From Protoeuglena noctilucae (Eukaryota): a stretch of 64,000 nucleotides of DNA. The stretch spans positions 806,001-870,000 of the forward strand of contig OY253685.1 of assembly GCA_958009085.1 (NCBI GenBank). Direction: 5' to 3'. The translations under genes and the position numbers were made by a program. The notes under the pieces are model-generated. The model worked only from the letters and a program-made list of their open reading frames with translations. It made no database searches and was not told the origin of the DNA. The number at the start of each line of letters is the position of its first letter. The first letter of the stretch is position 1. This document shows, piece by piece, positions 26,723-38,416 of the stretch.

Positions 26723-29409
26723 CTAGGCGAGTGCGCCGATCACTGGCGCCTCGCCGCGGGCCACGCACACCGCCGCGCTTGCCACGACGCGCGCCCCGAA
26801 CGCCAGCAACGCGGGCAGGCTGCGCAGGTCACGCAGGCTGCGCGCCAGGCACCGCCAGCCCACCAGGGCCAGCCGGCGCGCCTCGACCCGTGTCAGCGAC
26901 AGGCCCAAGCCGCTCCCCAGGAACCCCGACCCCGGCCCCGCGCGACGCGTGGCCCACCGTCGCAGGCCGGGTACCGCCCGGGCCAGGGCGCCGGCCAGCA
27001 AAGCCCCGCACGCCGCCGCTGCGCGCGCTGCGGCGGGGCCCCAGGCCAGCGCGGAGAGGGCAGCCGGCAGCCCCGGCATCATGGCCAAGGCGCGCCGGGC
27101 CCCCGCCGCCTCGCGCGCCGCAATCGTCTTGACCAGCCGCGCCAGCCGCGCCCCCGCCGGCACCCCCCCGGGTCCCGCGCCCTCGCGCCTCTCCACCACC
27201 GCCCTCAGCTCCCCCTCCACCAGGTCCCTCAGAGCGGCGCGCGCCTCGGGCCTCGGATCCAGCGCCACCAGGCGCAGCAGGGGCGGCAGGGCCGCCCGGT
27301 ACAGACGGAAGCCCGGGTCCGCGGCCGCCGCCACGCCCTCGAGGGTGGCGAGCGAGCGCACGACGAGCGTGTAGTAGGGCGGGAGCCGGAACTTGTGCTG
27401 CAGCGCGGTGCGCGCCAGGGCCTTGGTCACGTCCCCGTACGACATCTCCCCGACGTCGAGGCCCCCGTCCGCGGCTCTCCCGCAGTAGAGGGCGAAGTTG
27501 CGGGCCAGGTCGGCCTGCAGGGCCTGCCTGTCCGTGCTGGGCTTGAGCAGGTCCATGGCCGCGAGGTCGTCGGCGAGGCGTGGCCAGTCGCCGAAGACGA
27601 TGTGCACGAAGGAGGTGAGCATGGCCAGGCGGTGCTTGTCCGACACGCGCGTCAGCATGCCGAGGTCCAGGTACACCAGGTTGCCCTCGGCGTCGACGAG
27701 GAGGTTGCCGGGGTGCGGATCGGCATGCATTACCCCCGTCTGCATCAGCTGCGTCAGGCTGCACTCGATCCTGCGGGGGACGCAAGGAGGGCAGCACTCT
27801 CGGCACGGTCGCGTGCCTGGCGCTCACTAAGCGCTCTGGCGCACGACCGCCACGTACCCGAGGTTCACCATCCGTAAGAGCCGCGCCCGCGCCCACTCAG
27901 GCGCTTCCCGCGCACCGAGGCCCTCCGGCACCCGCCCCGACACGCTCGCCAGCATGGCCGCATCCCGCCTCTCCTCCTCGGATGTGGTTGCCAATGACGT
28001 TGCCGGCACCGACTCCGCCTCCCCCCCGGCATGCTCCTCCGTTCCCGCGCGCATCACGGCCATGAGCTGCTTAGGACCCATCCCCTGCACCCACACCGAC
28101 GTCAGCACGCGCCGGCTTGTGTAGGTCCAGAGGATGCGCGCCGTCGACACCCCCCGCACACGCGCGTGCGCCGCCGCGAACTCCTCCGTGTTCCTCCCCT
28201 CGCATTCGTAATCCAGTTCCTGAAACAGCGCCTCCCCTACCGCGTCGGCAATCTCCCTGCGAAAAGCAGTCGGCGACTCATGCCACGTGCAACATGCCAC
28301 GCGACCCACCGCGTGCAGCGCGGCTGGTAGCACCGAGCACATCGGATTCTCGCGGCTCACCCGAGGTCCCTGGACATGCCCGCCACCATGCGTACCGCCC
28401 CCAGCATCTTGCGCAGCAGGTAGACATCCAGCGCCACCGCATCGACCGCCCCCGGCCGCTGCACCTTGACGGCCACCGTCTGCCCGCTCGACTTCAGCAC
28501 CCCCAGGTAGACCTGCCCCAGCGACGCGGACGCCACGGGCTCCTGCGCAGGCACCAACAAGGGAGAGGCCCTAGATTAGAGAGCCTTCGTGAGCAGCAGA
28601 GTGACTGTGTGCGAAGCCAAGGTAGCCATGCCGCCCCTCGCCTGGCTGAGGTAGGAGAAGACGTCGTCCAGGTCCCGCCGCAGCTCCTCGCGCAGCATCT
28701 GCCGCGCCACGTCGCTGGGGCAGGGCGGCGCCCCGTCCTGCAGCCGCGAGAGTGCCTCGGCCACCGTAGGGCCCACCACGTCCTGCCGCGTGGCCAGCAC
28801 CTGCCCCAGCTTCACGAACGTGGGGCCCAGGCCCGCGAGCGTCTCCGCCAGAGACTCGGCGTCAGAGCGCGACCGCTCAGACGCCCCCGCGGCCCCAGGC
28901 GACCCCTGGCCCTGCGCCGACACGAGGGCCGCCGCGCGCGCCAGCCCGACCCCGCTCAGGAACGAGCCCAGCCGCGCCCCGATCTGTGCGAGGCGCCGCA
29001 GGACCAACTCCGGCCTCTCGGAGAAGTACAGGTCGACCGCGGCACGGTCGTACACGCGTGGGAGCTCCGTGGCCTGCGAGGAAGGCCGGGTTGCCAGGTT
29101 AAGTCATGGAACGCGAACGTCGCAGTAAGTATTTGCGATGGGAATGACGCTCGCCTTGTACTCCCGCTCGAAGAAACTCGAAACGCGGGCCTCCTCCCAC
29201 AAAGCAGGCACAGCGCCGCCCCTGCCTGGTCCCTGCGGGCCGGGGACGCGGGGCTGGTTATATTCGGCATGCACGGACACGCGCATGAGGTCGGCTGAGC
29301 CGGGCGCGCGGGTGAGGCCCTCGCGTTTTTGTGGCCACGCCGGCACCGCATGCATTGGCGCCGCGGCGGACCCCCGGCGACGCGCGTGGCCACGAGCCTG
29401 GCTCAGCAT
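26723..29409 (-). CDS. ABC1K/UbiB (aarF-domain) atypical kinase
   Basis: Exons about 29409-29155, 29073-28642, 28542-28361, 28256-27858, 27770-26723. Motifs LGPTFVKLGQVLATRQD, LQD, PVASASLGQVY, VAVKVQRP, ELDY..EG.N, HADPHPGN, YLDLGM and FRLPPYYTLVVRSLATLEG. GC donors at 29154 and 28641. The start is approximate. Confidence 0.92.
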
Positions 29410-30110
29410 ATTGACGTCACTCGTTTGCATTCGCGGACGCCCCTCCGGCCGGCGACAGCGAGCTCGGCGATGTGCGGCGCGCTTTTGATCGATCGACACC
29501 GGCGTCGACTTTCGACGGCGCGGGGGACGCACCTTTGGGCCAGACAATGGTCGCGGCATCCGAATCTCATCGGAGTGATGACGCAAGGCCAGATTTGCGC
29601 ATCGCCGGGTGCGAGGCAGCGCGGAGGGCTTCTGTCCGCCCAGCGCCGCACATCCCGGCCCCGGCGCGGCGCTCCTCGAGGAGCTGGCCCGACATGCATC
29701 AGAGCACAGCTGCCCCATCGTCCCACAAGCTGCCGAAATTGGATATAAAGCAGCGACTTTGGCACAAGAAGTGGATGTTTCTTCGGCAGCGAGCAAACAA
29801 GCACGCCACCGCCTGCGTCTCGATGAAGACGACGCTGCAGATGTTCAGGATCACTGGACATCCCAGACTAGATCATCAGCTGCCAGAGTGCCAGCCCCGC
29901 GTACTGGCGGCTCCGTGCCAGCTGCACCCGCCGCGGCCTAGAGGGCGGAGAGGGCATCTACGCGACGACATGGCATTGATGGATCGACTGGCAGTTTCTT
30001 TCAGGGCGTCTGGACGGGAACCGCGACGACCCAGCGCGTAACTGCCTCCTCAACCTCAAAAGGCCGCCCACGGGCCGAACGCCGGCTCTGACCGGCCTCC
30101 CGTCGTCAAG

Positions 30111-30783
30111 ATGGACATGGTCATAAGTTGGCATTACAAAACGCAAGTCCTCTTCGGCTGGCTTCGCACAAAGAACCCGTTTTCCTATCTCGGCCTGCTC
30201 GTGCTGCTGGCGCTCGTGGCCTACGCCACCGAGGCCCTGCACATGCACAAGCACATCGTCATCGCTCGCGCACGCGGCGTCGAGAGGTGAGACACACTGC
30301 GGGGGGCCTTCCTGACCACGAGGCTGGGAGCGTGTGGTGGGCTTGGGGCAACGTACAACCAGGAGCTTTTCCCGCTTTGCAGGGTGGCGGTGCGAGACGA
30401 GGGCGGCGAGGGTGGTGAAGCCGAGGAGGGCGCCCATCGCCCTCTGCTGCCCGGGGAGGGGGGCAGGACGCTGGGCCAGGCCTTCATGGGCAGGGGGTGG
30501 CAGAGCGGCTGGAAAGCGGGGGCGAGGTCGGCGGTGAGACGGGGCACTCCTTGCGGCTGTCGGGCAGGGCCTCTTCATGATCGCAGCCCGCGCTTGCCTG
30601 ATGCGACGCCGCCCTCCCCCCCCTTCGCCGCAGGTGCTGTGTGTGAGCTGGGCCGCCCACACCCTGTCGCTCATGCTCATGCTGGCCGCCATGAGCTTCA
30701 ACGCGGGCGTCGTCCTCGCCATCGCGCTGGGCACGGCGGCCTTCCACGCCACGGCCCTGCCACGCACCCTCACGGCCTGCTGA
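30111..30783 (+). CDS. Ctr/COPT-family copper transporter (divergent)
   Basis: Exons 30111-30286, 30383-30533, 30634-30783. The first exon is too short to appear in the ORF track and reads MDMVISWHYKTQVLFGWLRTKNPFSYLGLLVLLALVAYATEAL (MxM, LF.W, TM1). The TM2-TM3 segment LMLAAMSFNAGVVLAIALG contains MxxxM. Confidence 0.8.
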
Positions 30784-30845
30784 GGGGCCCGAGCCTGCTG
30801 TGAGTTCCCCCGCCGGTTTCTGAGCCTGCTGAGCTGCCCACCGAC

Positions 30846-30850
30846 TGTAA
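30846..30850 (+). promoter_or_regulatory. Possible UGUAA polyadenylation signal of the Ctr gene
   Basis: TGTAA about 60 nt after the stop codon. UGUAA is the main chlorophyte poly(A) signal, but it was not seen consistently after the other genes here. Confidence 0.3.
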
Positions 30851-31789
30851 TGCATTCCAATCCTTTGCACTTTCGAGCACCTTTCCCTGTTCCTTTGCGC
30901 CCATTGCGCCCAGTGCTGCGCGCGCCTGCAGTAGCGCGCTGTTGCGTCGGATGGATGGTCCTTGGCACCGCAGCGCTTTGCCGCTTGAACGAGAAGGCAT
31001 AGGCCCACAGGGAGAGCACTATTTCCAGTTCCAGTTCCAAAAACCTAGCGCCTGGCAGCTGGCTCAGCGCTGCCAGCGGGCCTAATCCGTCCCGGCAGCC
31101 CTATTTCGCATAAGACCGGCCCTGACGTCTCACCAGAGGCAGCTCGCTTGCCACCTGCGCGGTCGCGAACCGTCTCGACCATCCCGGGGCTCCCCGAGCG
31201 CCGCCACACAGCGACAGGTGCGCATACAATGCGTTCACGAGCCTGTGCCCTGCAGACGCGCATTCAGCCGTCGAACGCGACTCCAGGCTCGGGCGATCGA
31301 CCCTGGCCACGGCAGAACCCTGCCAGCCGAAGTTTCCGAGTAATACGCGTCTTCTGCGAGACTTTCGTGCTATCTGCTCGCCTCAAGAGGCCAAGTGATG
31401 TCGACCGTCCGTGTCGATTGGCGTGTTTCGGCCCGCCCGTCGCCCGCAGGCTTCTGCGAGCGTTCCCCGCACCTGCTCCGGGTTTCTGGATCGCTCTCCT
31501 CGCTGCCAGCCCAGCCACGGGCGCCCTGGGGCCCGGCAGGAGCGGGGAGGCCCAGCGGCGTTCCCGGCAACAGCTCCCGTGCCCGCGTGCGCGTCCCTGG
31601 CGGTTCGTGGTGGCCGCACCGCTGCAGAGGCGGGTGGCATCTCCACGCACGGCGCTAGGAACGGGTGGATTAGCCCGGGACCCGACCCGCGCGCCGCGCG
31701 GAGGGGCCTGGACTGTTGATCCGTCCCCAGGGCTTCCGCGGCGCGCCGGGGCCTCCTCCCCCATCGCGAGGTCCTGATCCGCCCGCATT

Positions 31790-34700
31790 ATGTCATCACA
31801 TCCCGACAGAGCCGCGTCGCCAGGCTCAACGGGCGCTCCGATGGCTCGTGACGGTTCCCAGGTGAGCGCGGGAACGGTCGCTGCCGCCCCGCCGCCTCGC
31901 GCGCCGCGGCCCACGCGCGCCCCCGCGCCCCTTCCGCAGGATTTCTCCGCGCCATCCGCGACGACCCCGGCGAGCGACGCCGGCGCGGCCGCGTCGCAGG
32001 ACCCCCGGTTCCCGACCATCGCGGCCCATGGCGCGGACTCCGGGCCGGGCCTGCCGTCCGCGTCCGACTCGCAGCCCCGCGCCGCTCCGTCCGACGATCT
32101 CCAATCGTCGGGACCCCCCAAGCTCCCGCACCTGAGCTCCCTGATGCCGCCGCTGTCCTTCTCGGGCCAAGCGTCGCCCATCACCCCCGCGCCCCTCCCA
32201 CCCTTCCCCGTCCCCCCGAGCATGGCCCCGGTCGGCCACTCGGGCCCGGACCCGTGGGCCATGGGCGTCCCGGGCATCGCGTCCCCCTCCCCCTCCACCC
32301 GCACGCGCGAGGCCACGTCTCGCACCGCGGCGCTGCTGGGGCGAAGACGACCCACGGCGGAAATCACCGAAGAGGAGCTGTCGCGGGTGAGACGAGGGGC
32401 GATAAGATGAGACGGGTGGGTGGGCATATGAGATGAGGTGGGTGGGCAGATGAGATGGGGTGGCTGTGCAGGTGACGCAAGAGATGACCTCACCTGTCCC
32501 GTGCCATGTGTGCCGTTGTCCCTCCCTCTCATCCCTTCATCCCTTCATCCCCGCACCCCCTCTCCCCCTTCCTCAGTACTTCCACCTGCCCAGCGAGGAG
32601 GCCTGCAAGCGGCTGGGCGTGGGCCTGACAGTGCTGAAGCGCCAGTGCCGCAAGTACGGCATCCTGCGCTGGCCCTACCGCAAGATCAAGTCGCTGGACA
32701 AGCTGATTGAGAACGTGCGCAATGGGCACGTCCCCGGGGATCGATCGGCGGACGTGATCAGCCGCAAGGTGGACGAGCTGGAGATGCAGAAGGCGCGCAT
32801 GCTGCTGTGCCAGACGCACGATTTGGACGAGGAGACGAAGCGGCTGCAGCAGGCGTACAGCAAGGCCAGCCACAAGCTGAGGAAGGCCCGGGGGACGGCG
32901 GAGGTCAGGGCCAAGGACAGGCCCGCCATACAAGTGCAGGTGAGACGTGGGGTGGGGTGGGGGTGGGGGTGGAGGTGCAAGTGCAGGCGAGTGAGAGGGG
33001 GGGTCGGGGGGTCGGGTGGGGGTGGTGGTGGTGCAAGTGCAGGTGCGGGGAGGTAGCCTGGCACAAGGGCCAATACCTTTACGCGTTCCCTGCCTGTTCG
33101 CTTCCGGACGCACAGGCACACCCACTTCTCCCCTCCCCCCTCCCCAGGTGCCCCTGACCGGCCCCGATGGCCAGCGCGCCTACGTCAGCGTGTCGGTGGT
33201 CAAGCCCCTGGGGCAGGGGAGAGGCGCACCCCGTCCCCGCGACTTAGACTCCTCGAGGATCCTGGCGGCGATGCAGGCGGCGCTGCCGGAGGCACTGGCA
33301 CGCGCGGCAGGCGAGGAAGGGGGGGGGGGGGGGGTGACTGGGGTGGTTGGGGTGACTGGGGTGAAGGGGGCGGGTGGGGTGGACTTTTACAAGTGGGGCG
33401 AGTCCTCGAAAGTGAGTTTGCATGCACTGATCTCCACCCTCCCCTCTCTCACACACACAGAGAAGCACGAGCGTGAGGCGGCAGAGGCGGCGGCGACGCT
33501 GGGGACGCTGACGGCCATGGGTGCCCCCGTTCCCGTGCCCCCCTCTGCCGCCGGCGCATCGACGAGCCGCGCGTCGCAGGGGGCGGACCGGGACCCGGTC
33601 AGGGAGGGGAGGACCAGGGCGGCCACGGCGCTGCTGTCGCGCACGAGGAGGTGGGGCGGTATCGGAGAGGGGGGGTGGAAGGGTGTAGTAGTGGCCAGCT
33701 GGCGATGGATGATGATGACCACACCACGATAGATGACTTTGACCACACCACGATGCCGACTAGGGTGTATGTGATGTGTGTCAACGTCGTGGGTGACTTG
33801 CGCGACGTGAGGCATGGGTTCACCCACTCCCGCAGGCAACTGGAGGATGCGAGGATGGGGGTCTCGAGCTCCCAGGGGCCGCAGGAGTCGCGGTCGGCGT
33901 CCACCCCTGCTGACGCGGCCGCCGCCCCCAGCAAGTCCGAGTTTGAGGCGGTGGTGGCGGTGCTGCAGGGGGCGTTCGGGGGAGGCAACTTCCCGCTCAT
34001 GCTGTGGGACGACGTGGGGATGGGCGCGACAGGTGCGGGGCGAGAGGTAGCCATGCCACGTGTATTACATGCCATGTATGGCTGTGCGGGGGAGAGGGTG
34101 CCTGACCACATGCCATGCATGGGTGCATCTAGGTGCGGGGCGAGGGAGAGGGTGCGTGCGATTTCATGTGCGGTGCGAGGGTGCTGACCACATGACTGGC
34201 TGACCCTGCCACCCCATCGCATGCCACCCCGTCTCGCCCGCCCGCACCCCCATTCATCCCAATCATGTCCTTTCTGCGCCCAGACATGACGGGTGACTCC
34301 AGAGACCCCCACGCCTCCCTGCCTGCCGCCATGTCGCCGTGGGGAATGCACCTCAACAGCCCCGACGCACGCTACCCAGGTGAGCGCACGTGCATGTATG
34401 CGTGACTGTTCATGACTCACAATTGTGCTGACGGGTGCGACTCTGCTAGTGCCAGTGCAGTGCCACATACGAACCATCTCCCTCAGCCCACGTCCCACTC
34501 CACCCCACCCCCTCAGGCCCCCTCCCCGCCCTCTCCAGCGCCACGAGCCAAGCGCACCCCTACTCCTTCCCCCCCAACGCCCCCCTCATGCCACCGCCCA
34601 TCTGGCCCCCCAACGACGTCTCTGCCGCCTTCGCATCCCTCCCCCCCATCCAAATGGGCGTCTCGCCGTCCGGCCTGCCCGTCCCCCTCCCCATGCCCCT

Positions 34701-35187
34701 CCCATCCCTGCACATGGGGCCCGCACCCCAGCCCCACGCAACCGTGCCTGCGGGTGCAGTCCCCGCCACTGCAGGCCCTGCCAATGCGATCCCTGCCAAT
34801 GCAGTCCCCGCCACTGCAGTCCCCGCCAATGCAGCCAATGCAGTCCTTGGCAATGCAGTGCCCGCCAATGCAGTCCCTGCCACTGCGGTCCCTGCCAGTG
34901 CAGTCCCTGCCAATGCACCACCGGTGGGTGTCATGGGTGTGATGGGCGTAAGCGTCCCTATGGGCGTGAGCGCCCCATGGCCATCCACCAGCGGCACTGG
35001 CAGCGCAGGGCCACCGCCAGCGGCACTGCCGGACGCGGGCGCAGCCGGGCGGGCGGGGGAGGGGGAGGTTGCCGTGGATAAACCCCAGGCGACACCGACG
35101 CCGTCGCCGCCTCTGGGAGCGGCCATGGGGGCCGACAAGCCCGGGGGGGCGGGGTGGACGGTGCACGTGCAGGGTAATGCCGTGTGA
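31790..35187 (+). CDS. RWP-RK transcription factor, RKD subfamily
   Basis: Exons 31790-32386, 32577-32939, 33148-33310, 33461-33650, 33836-34032, 34284-34379, 34517-35187. RWP-RK domain ITEEELSRYFHLPSEEACKRLGVGLTVLKRQCRKYGILRWPYRKIKSL, then the RKD-type motif LDEETKRLQQAYSKASHKLRK. No PB1 domain, so not an NLP. Confidence 0.9.
34741..34917 (+). repeat. Coding 15-bp minisatellite, (A-V-P-A-N/T)n pentapeptide
   Basis: About 11-12 degenerate copies of gcagtccc(c/t)gcca(a/c)t in the last RKD exon. Confidence 0.85.
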
Positions 35188-35703
35188 GATGTGAGACAGA
35201 CGCGGGGTTATGCATTCACGTGAGTGAACCCAGTCACGCATCTGTCCCTCTCTAGTGCAAGAGGGGCAGCTCAAGCGCAGCCAAGCATCGCACGCTGGCA
35301 CCCCGCCCCTAGTCGCAACCACCACAGTCACACGCACCGGGCACCCCCCCTGTCTCCGTTTCCCCTATCGATGTATCTATGCGAGCTCTGCGATGTCGGA
35401 ACCAGAGCCCTGTTCCGCGTTGCCCACGGCCGTGCCAGTCTGCGCCAGTGAGTCTGTGTCAGTATGTGACGGGGGCCGCTGCCGCGATGGCCTGGCCAGT
35501 AGGGCTGCGTCGGCTGCCCCACCTCAACCCCCTTTAGCTGTCTGTTGCCTATGCCTTTCTCCCATGCGCTGAGTGTGAGTGGGGGGGCGCTGGCTGGCGT
35601 ACCCTTTGTGTCTTGCATGTGCGTTGGGTCTCGATGCTTTGTCCGCCTGCCAGCGCCCCGTCTTTGTTTGAAGGGAACTGAACCAGAATTTTTTGTTGCC
35701 AGC

Positions 35704-35757
35704 CATGATGGCATGGCATGGCATGGCATGGTTTGGCATGGTTTGGCATGGGATGGG
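35704..35757. repeat. (ATGGC)n-type microsatellite
   Basis: catgatggcatggcatggcatggcatggtttggcatggtttggcatgggatggg, between the convergent RKD and SNF2 genes. Confidence 0.7.
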
Positions 35758-36136
35758 ATATGTGAGACCACCATTGCGTTGCGGGCACAGCGCGTGAGTG
35801 GCATGGCGACTTTAAGCTTCGCATGTGAGAGATGCAGGGTGTTGATATCTACTGAAAGGGACAGCATAGGTGGCAGCAGAGGAGCGCAGGTACACTACAG
35901 GGGAGGCGTGCATAGTAGGCACCACTGCCGTGCCACCACTGGCATCGCATCCCCCATTTGACATGCCTCTATGCACGCCACGCGCAAAGCAACGATCCAA
36001 ACAGCAAAGCAAGCGCCTCGCAAAACAAAGCAGCCCTGGCCTGGCTTCTTGGCACATGCTGATGCTATGTGCACAAACCCACCATCTCCCTCACTGCAGC
36101 TCTTGCCCCATCGCCCACACCACCCCTCTGTCCCCC

Positions 36137-38378
36137 TCACTGCAGTTCCGGCTTGCTGAAGAGCACGTCCAGTTCCGCCACTCTCAGGTTTTCTTTGTCA
36201 GAGCGGATGGCCCCTGCCACACGCGGGGCGGCCACGGGGGGACGGGGGGCGACCCTGAGGAGGGGAGGGGAGGTGGTGAGTGAGGGTGGGAATGAGGGTG
36301 GGAGTGAGGGAGGGAGTGTGGGTGGGAGTGAGATGAGGTGGGGGTGGTGGCGAGTGCAGAGAAGAGGTGGGGAGGTTGAGGTGCTAAGGTTGCGGGGAGG
36401 ACTCATTATACACAGTAATAACCACCCNNNNNNNNNNNNNNNNNNNNNNNNNNNNNNNNNNNNNNNNNNNNNNNNNNNNNNNNNNNNNNNNNNNNNNNNN
36501 NNNNNNNNNNNNNNNNNNNNNNNNNNNNNNNNNNNNNNNNNNNNNNNNNNNNNNNNNNNNNNNNNNNNNNNNNNNNNNNNNNNNNNNNNNNNNNNNNNNN
36601 NNNNNNNNNNNNNNNNNNNNNNNNNNNCAGGTGCTCGATGGTGGAGGTGAACTGGCTGAACACCAGCGCCTTGCCGAGGGGTCGCGCTGGCGCATCTCCG
36701 ACAGCTCCTGGGGGGGGGAACACAAGCAGGGGGGTGAGGGGTGAGGGGTTTGAGGTGAGGGGTGGGGCGTTGGGGGCTGGGGGGAAGGTTGGGGTTGTTG
36801 CGCAGCAATGGCACCCCACTGCACTCCTTGCCTCCCCACTGTCCCCACCACCATCACTCTCACCCTCATATGCGCCTGCACCACTGCACCCCACCACTCT
36901 CACCCATCACCACCACACCCCTCACCCTCATCCGCACCCACACCCTTCACCCCTCACCCTCATCAGCGCCTGGAGCTTCGCCTCGCACTGAACGTCCCCA
37001 CTCCCCTCCCCCTCCCCGCTCCCCTCCTCCTCTCCCTCAGGTGCCACCGTGGCTGGCAGGCGGCCCCTCACCAAATCCCTGCCCATCAGCTGGCGACTGG
37101 GGGGAGACAGAGGTGGGGGATTTGAATATGAGAGACTCATGAGATGAGGAGAGATGGATGTTTGAATGTGAGAGATGAGGAGAAACGAGGGGAGGTGTTG
37201 AATGGATGAGTGGACGGAGAATGGCTGGGGGTGCGCTGGGCAGGTGTGTGCTTGGCAGTGCACACGCCCGCCCATCCCTCGCTAGGCCACCCCTCTCACG
37301 CGCACCTGTACCATCCCCATCCTGCATAACTGTGTTTATATGACAGTTAATACACTCACCGGCATAGGGGACACTTAGGGTTGTTCTCGATGGCGCCCAT
37401 GATGCACTCACACATCATCACACTCATGCCATCTATTCATATTAATACAACATACTCACCGGCATAGGGGACACTTGGGGTTGTTCTCGATGGCGCCCAT
37501 GATGCACTCGAAGCAGAACCAGTGATGGCAGGGGGTGCGCATGGGGGCGTCAAAGTCATTCAAACAGATGCTGGGGGTGGGGGAGAGAGAGGTGATTTGA
37601 ATATCTGTCATCATTTGAATATCTTTCATGAACGCAGAACCAGCCCTCACTTGCTCCCTCGCTCACCACACCCATGCAACACCTGCACCCCCCTGCACCC
37701 ACCCTGCACTCCCCCAATCATCCGGCAGCACAATACACACATCATTCCCATCCCATCCACACTCAAATCCACATCCACACACCCCCCCCCCCCCCCCCCC
37801 CAAGTTCACCTGCACTCCCCCACGTCGTCCGGCAGCACGGGCGCCCCCCCCTGCTCCCCCCCCATCTGCGCCTCCCCCACCACATCCGGCAGCTGCATGT
37901 CCTTGGCCGTCAACGTGCTTCCCGAGCATATCTTGCGCAGGGGCAGCAGCAGCCGCATAACCTGCAGCATCTTCTTCGACACTTGCTGTGTCCCCATCTG
38001 CCGCAGCTGCTTGTACTGCTGGCTGGCCTGGTGGTGCAGGCGCAAATACGCGGCCTTCTCAGTGGGGGAGAGGACCACCTGGGGGGGGGGGGGGGGGGGG
38101 GGAGGGGTAAGGGGGGTGTTTGGGGGTGGCAGTGAGGGTGGCAGTGAGGGTGGCAGCGAGGGTGGCAGTGAGTGAGGGTGGCAGTGAGGGTGGGGGTGAG
38201 GGTGCGGGTGGGGGTTAAGGTGGTGGGTGAGAGGTGGTGGCTGTGTGGGGTGCGGGTGCAGGGCGGGGATTGGACTGTGCGGGGGGTGCAGAGAGCTTGT
38301 GTTCTCATCAGAGCACAAAGCATGAGCAACCCCACCCTCACCAGTCACACCTCCACGTCGTGCTCTCACCAACACCCA

Positions 38379-38416
<38 letters not shown>

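Noticed and set aside
31790..35187. RWP-RK gene as the MID mating-type determinant or as NIT2/NLP
   Set aside because: Much longer than MID, carries the RKD-type downstream motif, and shows no GAF or PB1 domain.
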